64,000 bases of DNA from Eledone cirrhosa (GCA_964016885.1 OZ024752.1:29512001-29576000), one strand, 5' to 3'; counted from the first letter of the stretch, positions 10,345-24,985 are shown. A program made the numbers and translations. The notes: generated from the letters alone by a model not told the origin.

Positions 10345-13300
10345 TCAATAATAAAACCACACAACAATATACCCATATAACAACAGACCCATACAACAAT
10401 AGACCCATACAACAATAGACCCATACAATAATAAACCCATACAACAACAGACCCATACAATAATAAACCCATACAACAACAGACCCATACAACAATAAAC
10501 CCACACAACAATAAACCCATACAACAACAGACCCATACAACAATAAACCCACACAACAATAAACCCATACAACAATAGACCCATACAACAATAAGCCCAT
10601 ACAACAATAAGCCCATACAACAATAAACCCATACAACAATAAGCCCATACAACAATAAGCCCATACAACAATAAACCCACACAACAATAAGCCCACACAA
10701 CAATAAACCCACACAACAATAAACCCACACAACAATAAGCCCATACAACAATAAACCCACACAACAATAAACCCACACAACAATAAACCCACACAACAAT
10801 ACACCCACACAACAATAAGTCCACACAACAATAAACCCACACAACAATAAGCCCATACAACAATAAACCCACACAACAATAAACCCACCCAACAATAAAC
10901 CCATACAACAATAAGCCCATACAATAATAGACCCATACAACAATAAACCCATACAGCAATAAGCCCACACAACAATAAGCCCATACAACAATAAGCACAT
11001 ACAACAATAAACCCACACAACAATAAACCCACACAACAATAAGCCCATACAACAATAAGCCCATACAACAATAAACCCACACAAGAATAAACCCACACAA
11101 CAATAAGCCCATACAACAATAAGCCCATACAACAACAGACCCATACAACAATAAACCCACACAACAATAAGCCCACACAACAATAAGCCCATACAACAAT
11201 AAGCCCATACAACAATAAGCCCATACAACAACAGACCCATACAACAATAAACCCACACAACAATAAGCCCACACAACAATAAGCCCATACAACAATAAGC
11301 CCATACAACAATAAACCCACACAACAATAAGCCCACACAATAATAAGCCCATACAACAATAAGACCATACAACAATAAGCCCATACAACAATAAGCCCAC
11401 ACAACAATAAGCCCACACAATAATAAGCCCATACAACAATAAACCCACACAACAATAAACCCACACAATAATAAGCCCATACAACAATAGACCCATACAA
11501 CAATAAGCCCATACAACAATAAGCCCATACAACAATAAGCCCACACAACAATAAGCCCATACAACAATAAGCCCACACAACAATAAACCCATACAACAAT
11601 AAACCCACACAACAATAAGCCCACACAACAATAAGCCCATACAACAATAAGACCATGCAACAATAAACCCACACAACAATAAGCCCACACAATAATAAGC
11701 CCATACAACAATAAACCCACCCAACAATAAACCCACACAACAATAAGCCCACACAACAATAAACCCATACAACAATAGACCCATACAATAATAAACCCAT
11801 ACAACAACAGACCCATACAACAATAAGCCCACACAACAATAAGCCCATACAACAATAAACCCATACAACAATAAGCCCATACAACAATAAACCCATACAA
11901 CAATAAACCCATACAACAACAAGCCCATACAACAATAAACCCACACAACAATAAACCCATACAACAATAAGCCCATACAACAATAAACCCACACAACAAT
12001 AAGCCCATACAACAATAAACCCACACAACAATAAGTCCAAACAACAATAAGCCCATACAACAATAAACCCACACAACAATAAGCCCATACAACAATAAGC
12101 CCACACAACAATAAACCCACACAACAATAAACCCACACAACAATAAGCCCAAACAACAATAAGCCCATACAACAATAAACCCACACAACAATAAACCCAC
12201 ACAACAATAAACCCATACAACAATAAGCCCATACAACAATAAAGCCACACAACAATAAACCCATACAACAATAAGCCCATACAACAATAAGCCCATACAA
12301 CAATAAGCCCACACAACAATAAACCCACACAATAATAAACCCACACAACAATAAACCCACACAACAATAAACCCACACAACAATAAACCCATACAACAAT
12401 AAACCCACACAACAATAAGCCCAAACAACAATAAGCCCATACAACAATAAACCCACACAACAATAAGCCCATACAACAATAAGCCCATACAACAATAAAC
12501 CCACACAACAATAAACCCACACAACAATAAGCACAAACAACAATAAGCCCATACAACAATAAACCCACACAACAATAAACCTACACAACAATAAACCCAT
12601 ACAACAATAAGCCCATACAACAATAAACCCACACAACAATAAACCCATACAACAATAAGCCCATACAACAATAAGCCCATACAACAATAAGCCCACACAA
12701 CAATAAACCCACACAACAATAAACCCACACAACAATAAACCCACACAACAATAAGCCCAAACAACAATAAGCCCATACAACAATAAACCCACACAACAAT
12801 AAACCCATACAACAATAAGCCCATACAACAATAAGCCCATACAACAATAAGCCCACACAACAATAAAGCCACACAACAATAAACCCATACAAAAATACGC
12901 CCATACAACAATAAGCCCACACAACAATAAGCCCATACAACAATAAGCCCATACAACAATAAATCCATACAACAATAAACCCATACAACAATAAGCCCAT
13001 ACAACAATAAGCCCATACAACAATAAACCCATACAACAATAGACCCATACAACAATATACCCATACAACAATAAGCCCACACAACAATAAGCCCATACAA
13101 CAATAAGCCCATACAACAATAAGCCCATACAACAATATACCCATACAACAATAAACCCACACAACAATAAACCCACACAACAATAAGCCCAAACAACAAT
13201 AAGCCCATACAACAATAAACCCACACAACAATAAACCTACACAACAATAAACCCATACAACAATAAGCCCATACAACAATAAACCCACACAACAATAAAC

Positions 13301-15325
13301 CCATACAACAATAAGCCCATACAACAATAAGCCCATACAACAATAAGCCCACACAACAATAAACCCACACAACAATAAACCCACACAACAATAAACCCAC
13401 ACAACAATAAGCCCAAACAACAATAAGCCCATACAACAATAAACCCACACAACAATAAACCCATACAACAATAAGCCCATACAACAATAAGCCCATACAA
13501 CAATAAGCCCACACAACAATAAAGCCACACAACAATAAACCCATACAAAAATAAGCCCATACAACAATAAGCCCACACAACAATAAGCCCATACAACAAT
13601 AAGCCCATACAACAATAAATCCATACAACAATAAACCCATACAACAATAAGCCCATACAACAATAAGCCCATACAACAATAAAGCCACACAACAATAAAC
13701 CCATACAACAATAAGCCCATACAACAATAAGCCCATACAACAATAAGCCCACACAACAATAAACCCACACAATAATAAACCCACACAACAATAAACCCAC
13801 ACAACAATAAACCCACACAACAATAAACCCATACAACAATAAACCCACACAACAATAAGCCCAAACAACAATAAGCCCATACAACAATAAACCCACACAA
13901 CAATAAGCCCATACAACAATAAGCCCATACAACAATAAACCCACACAACAATAAACCCACACAACAATAAGCACAAACAACAATAAGCCCATACAACAAT
14001 AAACCCACACAACAATAAACCTACACAACAATAAACCCATACAACAATAAGCCCATACAACAATAAACCCACACAACAATAAACCCATACAACAATAAGC
14101 CCATACAACAATAAGCCCATACAACAATAAGCCCACACAACAATAAACCCACACAACAATAAACCCACACAACAATAAACCCACACAACAATAAGCCCAA
14201 ACAACAATAAGCCCATACAACAATAAACCCACACAACAATAAACCCATACAACAATAAGCCCATACAACAATAAGCCCATACAACAATAAGCCCACACAA
14301 CAATAAAGCCACACAACAATAAACCCATACAAAAATAAGCCCATACAACAATAAGCCCACACAACAATAAGCCCATACAACAATAAGCCCATACAACAAT
14401 AAATCCATACAACAATAAACCCATACAACAATAAGCCCATACAACAATAAGCCCATACAACAATAAACCCATACAACAATAGACCCATACAACAATATAC
14501 CCATACAACAATAAGCCCACACAACAATAAGCCCATACAACAATAAGCCCATACAACAATAAGCCCATACAACAATATACCCATACAACAATAAACCCAC
14601 ACAACAATAAACCCACACAACAATAAGCCCAAACAACAATAAGCCCATACAACAATAAACCCACACAACAATAAACCTACACAACAATAAACCCATACAA
14701 CAATAAGCCCATACAACAATAAACCCACACAACAATAAACCCATACAACAATAAGCCCATACAACAATAAGCCCATACAATAATAAGCCCACACAACAAT
14801 AAACCCACACAACAATAAACCCACACAACAATAAACCCACACAACAATAAGCCCAAACAACAATAAGCCCATACAACAATAAACCCACACAACAATAAAC
14901 CCATACAACAATAAGCCCATACAACAATAAGCCCATACAACAATAAGCCCACACAACAATAAAGCCACACAACAATAAACCCATACAAAAATAAGCCCAT
15001 ACAACAATAAGCCCACACAACAATAAGCCCATACAACAATAAGCCCATACAACAATAAATCCATACAACAATAAACCCATACAACAATAAGCCCATACAA
15101 CAATAAGCCCATACAACAATAAACCCATACAACAATAGACCCATACAACAATATACCCATACAACAATAAGCCCACACAACAATAAGCCCATACAACAAT
15201 AAGCCCATACAACAATAAGCCCATACAACAATATACCCATACAACAATAGACCCATACAACAGTAAGCCCATACAACAAATGACCCATACAACAATAAGA
15301 ACACACAACAGTAAGACCATGCAAT
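10345..15325. repeat. 16-bp minisatellite ACAACAATAA(A/G)CCCA(T/C), about 310 units, with a 1440-bp higher-order repeat
   Basis: Unit directly visible; the rare variant aaacctacac recurs at about 12580, 13236, 14020 and 14676. Confidence 0.97.
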
Positions 15326-16825
15326 AATATGTCTGACTCTTCAAAAGAGGGAATCTTTTATAAACAACTGAATATATGAAGAGTGTTGATCACATTGCAA
15401 TATGTTTGAAGTACAATTTGATAGGTACAATTGTATAAATAAGATTACAGATGGGGAAGGGGTTAAGAAGGGAAGATCTGGCTGTGTGGGAAAGTAAAGG
15501 AAAGGACTACAAAAGCCATAAATGAAAGGAAAAGGGTGGGAGGAAGCAAGGACTTTAGGTTCACAGAAGAAAAGGAGGCGTAAGGGGAGAGGGTGATGGG
15601 CCCTGGGCCTAGGGCACGGTGGTGTTGGGAAATTGGTCACTATAAATGGTTTTTTAAATTTCCAATTACTAACATTTTGAATAACAAAGAACACAGTGTT
15701 TTGCTATGTATGTGTATTCATATATTTTCTGAACACACACAAACACATCAAACATCTGTAGAAATGAAATCTCAAAGAAGTGGACAAAATATTGGACTAT
15801 CTCTTAAAATTTGGTGCAAGTTTTTTTTCTTTTAACACTATCCTTTGGCCCTTCAGCCATCTGTTGCAAGTATTAAGACCAGGTCTATAGTCTGATGATA
15901 ACCTTCTTCTTTCCTTCATTCCAGAAGTCTCGAAAACCCTGAAAAAGTTCCTAAATGTTGGCCTTCTCCTCTGACTAAGCTTTTAAAAAAATAATGAAGG
16001 TGCCAGACCATTTTATCTAGTAGAATATTTATCTCAACTATTTCATACCACATAACTGGAGCTAAGCACACACACACATACACAGACAGACAGACAGACA
16101 AACAGACACACAGAGTATTGTTAGCTAACATACCGTTAAATACATTAAAAAAAAAAATTTTTTTCCCCTTTATTTCATAATAATTTTATATGAAAATAAT
16201 ACAAAACAATTCAAAGCCAAAACTACCAGATTATCATTTGTTACAAAAGTTCTACTGATATTAAAAAAAACTTTCACGTACAGATGTCATCATCATAATA
16301 TACATGTGTCAAAAATCAATGTGAACACTATTACATATATGCTAATATTTTCTATCATCTTTATTTTATGTTCCGTTCACTGCATACAAAATTACTTGCC
16401 AATATGCTGCATCTTGGCTGATAAATAAACTGTAAAAATGTTGTAGGACATTTTCTCTGCAAGCAGTTGGCAAAAATCAATATTTAGTTGCCTTACTATT
16501 ATTTTAATCGCTTCTGTTATTTTAGGCATGCTTTGAATAAATCTTTCTAAACTACTTTCCCATTAAAACACACCATTTTGCCAGTGTAAATATTGTTGAA
16601 ATAATTTTCCAGAATCCAAACATGGCTCTCTGCATTTCATTCATTACTTTGTTAAAGTCTAGAGATGAAGATTTAAATCCAGAAGTGTAACTAGACTAAA
16701 TCAAGTCTCTTAGAATTTCCAATGATGCAGATGTCACTTGAAGTATTAACAGACTTATTAAAAATACTGAAAAATACTGATCTCTCAACTGTTTTCTTGT
16801 TATAACATTGGATTTTAGTGGAGAA

Positions 16826-17500
16826 TGATGGTGGAGGATGGTGGTGGTGGTGGTGGAACGTGGTGGTGAAGGATGGCAGTGGTGGAGGGTGGTGATGGTG
16901 GGTGGTGGTGAAGAGTGGCAGTGGAGAGTGGTGATGGATGTTGGTGGTGGAGGATGTTGGTGGTGGAGGATGTTGGTGGTGGAGGATGGTGATGGTGGGT
17001 GGTGGTGAAGAGTGGCAGTGGAGAGTGGTGATGGATGGTGGTGGTGGAGGATGTTGGTGGTGGAGGATGTTGGTGGAACATGGTGGTGGATGGGAGCAGT
17101 GGAGGATGGCTGTAGAGGATGGTGGTGGATGGTGGCGGTGGAGGGCGGTGGATAATGGCAGTGGAGAGTGTTGTCGGTGGAAGGTGGCAATGGATTGTAG
17201 TGGTGGAATGTGGTGGTGAAGGTGGTGGATGGCAGTGAAGGGTGGTGGTGGATGGTGTTGAAGGATGGTGGTGGAGGATGATGGTGGAGCATGGTGGTGG
17301 ATGGTGGTGGTGGATGGTAGTGGTGGAATGTGGTGGTCGAAGATGATGGTGGAGGATGGCATTGAAGGTGTGGTGGTGGATGGTGGTGGTGGAGGATGGC
17401 AGTGAAGGTCTGGAGGTCGAAGGTGATGGTGGAGGATGGCCATAAAGGTATGGTGGTGGTGGATGGAAGTGAAGGTGTGGTGGTGGATGGTGGAAGGTGG
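16826..17500. repeat. Degenerate GTG/GGA/GAT-rich low-complexity minisatellite
   Basis: ggtggtggaggat-type units with internal duplications; source of the His/Pro/Thr-rich ORFs. Confidence 0.9.
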
Positions 17501-17827
17501 CACAGAGGATGCCAGATCTTTCTGTGTAGAAAAGTTGCATGATAATTCAATTGAAAGGAAAATGTTGAGCTGTTAGGCATTGAATTGATATGAAGAAATA
17601 AAGAAATAATTAGTTTTGTTCTTTAACAAATAACCTCTTCTTCCTCCATGGAATTTTCTTAGCACCAATGTTATTCAGAGTACATGGCATGTGTAATTAA
17701 CTAACATTATACTCTTATTGTCAATAAGATTTGCTCACAACTTCAGCAAATATATATAAAAAAAACCCTCCAAAAAATAAACTCAAACTCCTAGCTTTAT
17801 TCTCTCTTTCACTCTCTTTTTCTGTAG

Positions 17828-17883
<56 letters not shown>

Positions 17884-17884
<1 letters not shown>

Positions 17885-19966
17885 GGTACCACAGTTCTGA
17901 TAATGAAAGACCGAATCAAGGGTAATGATGTTACCAACTATAGACCTATCACATGTCTGTCCGTAATGTGGAGACTGTTGACAAGCATTATGTCTGAGGA
18001 AATCTACCATCACCTCCACACAAACAACTTGTTACCGGACGAACAGAAAGGATGCCGAAAGTCACGTGGTACAAAGGACCAGTTACTTATTGATAAGATG
18101 GTAATGAGGAATTGCAAGAGGAGACACACTGGTCTTGCCATGGGATGGATAGACTACAAAAAGGCATTTGACATGGTGCCTCATTCTTGGATCACCAAAA
18201 GCCTGGAGATCTTCAAGGTGGCAGATAACATCAGACAGTTGTTGGGCAAAAGTATGAAGTCCTGGGAAACAGAGTTAACATCAACTGGAGAATCCTTGGG
18301 AAGCGTGAAGATCAAGAGAGGTATCTTCCAGGGAGATAGTCTGTCCCCTCTGTTGTTTGTCCTTGCCCTGATGCCCCTGACCAGTGTACTGCGAAAAGTG
18401 AGAGCAGGATACAGGTTGGGAAAGGGAGGGCTTACTATCAATCACCTCCTCTTCATGGACGATCTTAAGCTCTTCGGGAAGAGTGAGAAGGAGTTGGATG
18501 TGCTTGTTGACACTGTCCGTATTTTCAGCAATGATATATGTATGCAATTTGGTATTAGTAAGTGTGAGTCATTGTGATGAGGAGGGGTAAGTTGAGCAGA
18601 AGTAACGGAATCCAGATACCAACAGGTGAGATGATAAAGGAAATTGACTCTGAGGAAGGATACAAGTATTTGGGCGTTCTGGAGGCTGATGACATCAAGA
18701 ACAAAAAAATGAAGGAATTGATAAGAACTGAATACCTTCGGAGAGTAAGGAGCGTATTAAAGTCACATCTGAACAGTAGGAATGCCATAAGTGCAGTAAA
18801 TTCCCGATCTGTGTCTATTATTAGGTACAGTGCGGGAATTCTGAGATGGAATGTTGCTGAACAAAAAGAAATGGATAGGAAGACTAGGAAGCTATTGACT
18901 ATCTACAACATGTTCCACAAGAGGAGTGATGTCGATAGACTCTACTTAAGGAGATCTGAGGGTGGAAGAGGTCTTATCAGCATAGAGGACTGTGTTCAGA
19001 TGGAGAAAAACAACCTACACAAATACGTGACTGATAGTAAGGAGCCAATGCTCAGAACTGTACTGAAGGAGGGGACAATAGGACAGGGGATGTCCAAGGA
19101 GGAAATAACATCAAGGAGAAAGAGCAGCCTTCAGGAAAAATCCCTTCATAGTACCTTCTTTGTGAGAACTGAATTTAGAGATCCACAGACATGGAACTGG
19201 TTGAAAAGAGGAGACCTTAAAAAGGCTACAGAAGGAATGTTAATGGCTGCGCAGGCGCAGGCCCTCAAAACGAAGTGGTTGAAACACCACATTTACAAGG
19301 AGGAAGCTAGCCCACTGTGCAGGATCTGTGGAGAGAGAGAGGAGACAGTGGCTCACATTGTATCCGAGTGTAAACACCTAGCCCAGACTCACTATAAGGG
19401 CTGGAGACATGATGTGATGGGCAGGGTGATCCACTGGCACCTATGCAAAGTAAACAATATACCACATTCTGAGAAGTGGTATGAGCATAAGCCAGAGGCG
19501 GTGATAGAAAACGATCAGGTGAAGGTGCTGTGGGATTTTAGGATACAGACGGACAAGAAACTGGAACACAATAGACCTGACCTGGTGGTTTTGGACAAAG
19601 AAAAAAGATCGTGCCTGATTGTGGATGTGGCCTGCCCATTCGACACGAGTGTGCAAGAAAAGGAGAGGGAGAAAATTAACTGATACCAGGACTTAAAGTG
19701 GGAGGTAAAAAGGATTTGGAACTGCCATGAAGTCAAATTGATCCCGATTGTCATAGGCGCACTAGGGACTATCTCAAAAAGTTTCCAGGGATGGTTAAAG
19801 AAAATTGGCCCCTTCACGCTTTTTGGGACGTTTCAAAAGGCATGCTTGGTAGGAACAGCAAGAACCCTCCGATACGTCCTGAATATCTGAGGCTGCAGGT
19901 AGTGGCTTGATATTCATTTCAACAAACTTTCCAGTTAACTAACATCAATGACTGAGACTCAAAGAG
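17884..19966 (+). mobile_element. 5'-truncated R4/Dong-clade non-LTR retrotransposon (RT + CCHC finger + restriction-like endonuclease), inactivated
   Basis: RT motifs [37 protein letters not shown]; CRICGEREETVAHIVSEC finger; RHD and RPDLVV...DVACP endonuclease. Frameshift near 18570, premature TGA at 19681, natural stop near 19890; (TAA)n on both sides. Confidence 0.9.
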
Positions 19967-19996
19967 TAATAACAATAGTAATAATAATAATAATGA

Positions 19997-20995
19997 TTTC
20001 TTTATTGGCCACAAGGGCTGACATCAAGAAAAACATTACAGACGGTACAGGACGGTACGATGTGGGTTTTGTGCGTGTAAATATTTTTATTATTTATATA
20101 AGAAAAGAAAAAAAAGGACATAGAAACATATATATATATATATATATAAACAATCAAAATGAAAATTGAAACAATGAAAAATTCCCCAATAGGGGGGAAA
20201 CCTCCGAGGGTTACTCGTGGCGAAAACCGCACAAAAGACCACGGCCACCCTGACCACCACCCTCTCTCAATTTTTCCATTTCTCAAACTACAGACGTATA
20301 TTCAGAGCAGTCCCGTTCACTCGGACCATTCTCGCTACATTCACCCACCTTTCAACAAACTTGCTAGAAGGCAGCACTTGCCTCTCCACTCTGATTTTCC
20401 TCTTCAAGTGAAACTTGAAAAAGTTAATTAGGGATTCGCCGAAGCGGAAAGTGTCTGTCTTTAACCCTTTGAACCTTTTCCACCACACAATCTCTTTTGC
20501 CTTGGCCACCAGGCAGATGAAAACCGCCTGCTCTTCCTCCTCGAAGGAAGACGGCGAGACCATCTGAACAATGGACTCAGTCGATAACCGGATCAGTCCT
20601 ACACGCAATCAGTCCTACAAGTCAGCAATGCTCGGGCACTGAACGAGTGCGTGCACGACGGTTTCGTCGCTCTGCGCGCATCTCGGACAGGCTCGGCTGA
20701 CGGAACTTCCGTGCCTGTAGAGCTTATCTCGACGTGGCAGCGCTCCCCGGTAGCACTGCCAGGCCAGGGATTTTTGGAAGTTATCCATAGGCCCTGGGCT
20801 GAAAGTTCTCTGGAAGTGAGCAAACAGCTGATCTTCTTCGACGCCCAGGATCTCTCCGAGAACGTCGTCGCTCTTCCCCTCCACTAGTCCTCTATAGAAC
20901 GCCGAGGTGGATGTTCCACCGATACTGGTGCCCAGCTGGCAGAGGGCAGTGAGCGCTTGGAGACATTCCAGTTTCCAAGCGCTATCCCTCGGTCT
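19997..20995 (-). mobile_element. 3' fragment of an L1/Tx1-like LINE (zf-RVT-like C-terminus plus 3' UTR)
   Basis: Minus-strand CPRCAQSDETVVHALVQC finger followed by AKEIVWWKR...FHLKRK.RVER; ends with AATAAA (ggccaataaagaa). Confidence 0.75.
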
Positions 20996-21245
20996 TTTTC
21001 TTTATTAACCACAAGGGTTTACATAAAGTAGACATTAAGGTCAGTACAGGACAATACAGGACGGTACAAATGGGATTTTCTGCGTGTAAAAAACAAAAAA
21101 AAACAGAGGATGTAATAAAAAGAACAATGAAAAATTCCCCAATGGGGGGAGACTTCCGAGGGCCATCGTGGAGAAAGCTCATTAAAAAAAAGCCACGGTG
21201 ACCCTGACCACCAGGACAAGTGTCCTCTCCCAGTTTTCCACCTTT
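20996..21245 (-). mobile_element. Second, shorter 3' UTR copy of the same L1/Tx1-like family
   Basis: Aligns with 19997-20280 (tttatt..ccacaaggg, aacaatgaaaaattccccaat.ggggga, ccctgaccacca). Confidence 0.75.
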
Positions 21246-21254
21246 ATTTATTTT

Positions 21255-21442
21255 ATCGTAAGGATGAAAGGCAAAGTTAACCTTGACGGGATTTGAACTC
21301 AGACCGTAAAAGGACGTTGGGGAGGGGAAAGTCGATTAAATCGACCACAGTACTTAGTGGTGCTTTATTTTATCAACCGCGTAAGGATGAAAGGAAAAGT
21401 TAACCTAATAAAAATGATATGTATATATATATATATATATAA

Positions 21443-21498
<56 letters not shown>

Positions 21499-21510
21499 TA
21501 TATATATATT
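21255..21510 (-). mobile_element. SINE family 1 fragments followed by (TA)n
   Basis: taaggatgaaaggcaaagttaacc...gatttgaactcag; gtcgattaaatcgac. Confidence 0.8.
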
Positions 21511-22555
21511 GGTAAAAGGAAAAGAAAATGCTGACTACCGGTTGCGCATTTCTAATGCTTTTCAAAAATAATTTTGAGATAGAGCGCCCGTGATGTTTGC
21601 TCTAATCTGATTAGTTTTGGAAATTCTACCTGTTTTATGTAAAAAAAGTGGCTCCAGATGTATGAAAAAATTCTTGTGGTCAAAACAATTTTGATTGGTC
21701 GGTAGAGGTCATGTGAATGTTAAAAATTGATTTTGCGCCAAATGTAGGTTTGTCTCGGCTGATTGAGAAGTGACTGAAAAATAAGTCTTTCAAGACAAAT
21801 ATGTGTGTGTGTGTGTAGTAGTAGTAGTAGTAGTAGTAAAGAGGTTCGTTGCTGTGATAATGGTCAGCAGGGATGTGTGTGCGAACCGCAGCCTGCTGAT
21901 AGTTCAAATGCCTATGAAGATAAGTGTGTGTGTGTGTGTGTGTGTAGCAGAGTAATTCGTGGTAGAGGGATGGTCAGTAGGAATGTGTCTGTACGTGTTT
22001 GGGGGATATTTTAACATGTTAAAAGATATTTTTCAGCTCTTGTCTTATACGGAGAAGTGTGTGTGTGTGTATATGTCTCTTTGTATGTTAATGTATGTGT
22101 GTGTGTATATGTGTGTGTGTGTGTGGGGGGGGGGACCAGTATTTTTGTGATACTGGTAAAAATGGTGTACATTATTCGATATTTTCAGTAAAAACCATTC
22201 TCTCAATAGAACATCAAAAACCTTAATAATAAAAGGTGTGAAATGATATATAGTATTGGCATAAGACCAAGGTGTGTGTGAGTGTCCAGATTGTACATAC
22301 TGCAAGGGGAATCCATTAGGGCTTGCCGTATTGGAATACTTGTGTACAAATATGTATGTGCCCATCAGTGTGCAATGCATGTGTGCGTATATGTATGTGT
22401 GTGTGTCGGCACGTTTATATCTATAGACATCAAAAGGTATGCAAATTTGTGTATATTTGTGTTGCACCATAGAACATGGGTGTTTACGTATGTCATTGTG
22501 TTTATATGTGGATAGAGATGTATGCTGATGTAGGTATGTATGTTGTGGGTTCGTC

Positions 22556-23440
22556 TTAGGGAGAAGTGTTTAGACGGGGTCCGTATTTGTTAATAAAGTG
22601 AGATCCCTTGCTGATGCGCTGGGTGTGGGTGGCATTATCTTTAAATTTGTAGAGGGGAAAGATTCTGAAGTTGGGATGATTTTGGGCGGCAGAGGTATCA
22701 ATGTGTTCACTCAGTGGTATTTTCCTGTATTCCCGTATTTTAATTTGGGATCTATGGACAGTCATGCGTTGGCGGAGGCTGTTTTGGTCTGGCCTATGTA
22801 TTGTTCTCGACAACCTGAGCAAGTTAATACATATATTAGATTTTCTGATGCGCATGTGAAATTGTGTTTTACTATAAAACGTTGTCCTTCTTTGAAATAG
22901 AATTCCGAACCCTCTATTAGGTTGATGCAAATGCCACAGTTGGGTCTATCGCATTTTTTTACTGTGGGTTTCGTTGTTGTGGTTGGCAGTACTTTGGCAT
23001 GTGTTAAGATGTTTTCATTGACTTAGATTGTCTTTTGCTCTTTATGATATCGTGTGTTCGTAGGATTTGGTTCATTCTATGGTCCTTTTTCAACACAGGG
23101 ATGTTCTGGAGGGTGGTGTCAAAGGCCTCATTGTTGAGGGGCTTGTGTGTGGAGATGTATGGAAGAGCTTTTAGTTTCGGTTGATTTACTTTAGGGTGTC
23201 TAAGGTCCTGGGTACTGAGTTTTAGGGCATGTTGGATTCCATTGTCAATTAGTGATGCAGGGTAGTCCCTGCCTATGAGTGTGTCCTTTAGTTCTTGTAG
23301 CCATAAGTAACAGGTGTTTTTATTGGAGACTCTAGTACAGATTCTCTTGGCTAAGTTGTAGGGAATATTAATTTTAACGTGTCTAGGGTGGCAAGAGTTG
23401 AAAGGAAGATATTGCTTGGAGTCTATGGGCTTGTAGTTAC
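22556..23440 (-). mobile_element. Penelope-like element fragment: RT C-terminus, linker and GIY-YIG endonuclease (frameshifted)
   Basis: Minus-strand YKPIDSKQYLPFNSCHPRHVKINIPYNLAKRICT...LQELKDTLIGRDYP, then FTCASENLIYVLTCSGCREQYIGQT...LRQRMTVHRSQI. Confidence 0.88.
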
Positions 23441-23453
23441 ACCTCTATTCTTT

Positions 23454-23454
<1 letters not shown>

Positions 23455-23510
<56 letters not shown>

Positions 23511-23810
23511 GTATTGTATATATGTATGTTTATATATATGTATATGTATGTATGTTTATATATATGTATATGTAAATATATATATGTGTGTGTATATGTA
23601 TATATATATATATATATATATAATTGTTTCTACTTTAGGCACAAGGCCAGCATTTTGAAGGGGAGGGGAAAGTCGATTAAATCAACTCCAGTGTGTGACT
23701 GGTACTTTATTTTATTGACCCCCAAAGCTAACATCGGAAGGATTTGAAATCAGAATGTAAAGGGCCATAATTGTATGTTGTAAAGCATGGTGTCCAACGT
23801 TCTATTGTCC
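23455..23810 (-). mobile_element. (TA/TG)n tract followed by a SINE family 1 copy (23623-23810)
   Basis: ttgtttctactttaggcacaaggccagc...gatttgaaatcag. Confidence 0.8.
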
Positions 23811-23851
23811 AAACAACTACACTCTATTTTCCATAAGTATAGAGTATTCAG

Positions 23852-24070
23852 TATCATCATCATCATTTAATGTACATTTTCTCATGTTAGCATGGTTTAG
23901 ACAAATTGTGAGACAAAACAGATCAGATGATTATGTCTTGTTCATACAGAACTGTTTCTGACTTGGTTTCTATGGCTATATCCCCTGCGTAATGCTAACC
24001 ACATTTACAACGTAGACTGAGCATTTTTTGTTGTGACACCTACATGACCACTTTACTGTGTGGACTGGAG
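23852..24070 (-). mobile_element. RTE-tail / SINE family 2 3' fragment
   Basis: catcatcat tail plus gacacctacatgaccactttactgtg, the reverse complement of the 48-bp unit. Confidence 0.7.
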
Positions 24071-24484
24071 GAGGTAGATGTATGTAGGGAGGAGATTGGA
24101 GGGGTAGGTCTAGGACATGGAATATGATATAGGAAAGAGAGAACAAATTATTCAATATATGTAATAAACTTCAATGATGCTACTCTGAGTTTTTACTTTG
24201 TATTACGTTCCAGTTTTTAATGTCCTCAGAGTTTTATTCACTTACTTATCTCCCTTCTCATGGTTGCAGGTTGCATGGTCAGATGTGGCAGCTTAGAAAA
24301 TATACTGCTGTCTTTACATTTTGTTGGTAACAGTAAAGCAGCACATAGGATATTATATCATTGGCAGCTAACTGAAGATTTAATATCTTAGGTCAGTGTG
24401 GCAGTTCAGGGAAGATTATTTCTCTATTTGTTGCCAGGTAGTTATCTCCTTTGTAATTGTAGGATTTTTAGAAGAATTTTCTTC

Positions 24485-24701
24485 TTAACCCTTTAGCATT
24501 TACATTACTCTATATATGCTATTGTATTTTCATGGTAAGGGCTTTACGTCACATAATTATCTCACATAATATCGAATCTATGAGATTTTGATATTATTTA
24601 TTTTGAGAACAATACCTTAATATGAGTGGCCAGTTACAGCCAATTTGAACAGAAAGCAGTGAGAGAATTCTGGCCAGATACTGCCAGTTTAAAAGGGTTA
24701 A
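24485..24701 (-). mobile_element. piggyBac-like MITE (TTAA-flanked)
   Basis: ttaaccctttagcattt ... aaagggttaa; internal sequence shared with the copies at 31601, 35192 and 44075. Confidence 0.8.
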
Positions 24702-24825
24702 GCCTAAATTTTGATCTGACATTTTGTGTTTAGTTGAAAATCGGAAAAGGTAGCATAAGGATATCATATTTCTTAGTTGGGTGGAACATCTTAAAGAAAC
24801 TAATGAAACTAGGAGTGTTTTTCTT

Positions 24826-24985
24826 TTATCTGCTGAAGTTTATGGTGATTAGATTACTTCCGAAGAAAGTTATTATGTTGAATTCCTTAAATGTTTCCAT
24901 TACATCTTTTTTAAACTTGTCTTGGTTGTGGCTATACATGAGGCAATAATTGACAAGCCTGTTATCTCTGTGCAACTCTACGTTG
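24826..24985 (-). mobile_element. Highly decayed Penelope-like RT fragment
   Basis: LHRDNRLV...FKKDVMETFKE..II.F.SNL.TINF resembles the YRDD...KK.I...FK...IT...NL..VNFLD region of PLE RTs (by eye only). Confidence 0.4.

Noticed and set aside
10278-15344. 1688-aa and overlapping hydrophobic ORFs
   Set aside because: Translations of the 16-bp minisatellite; the same peptide appears in all three frames, a repeat artefact.
15840-16810. Possible hAT transposase remnants on the minus strand
   Set aside because: Only vague peptide resemblance, many stops and no diagnostic motif.
16691-17580. His/Pro/Thr-rich extensin-like ORFs
   Set aside because: Low-complexity repeat open in several frames, with no splice support.
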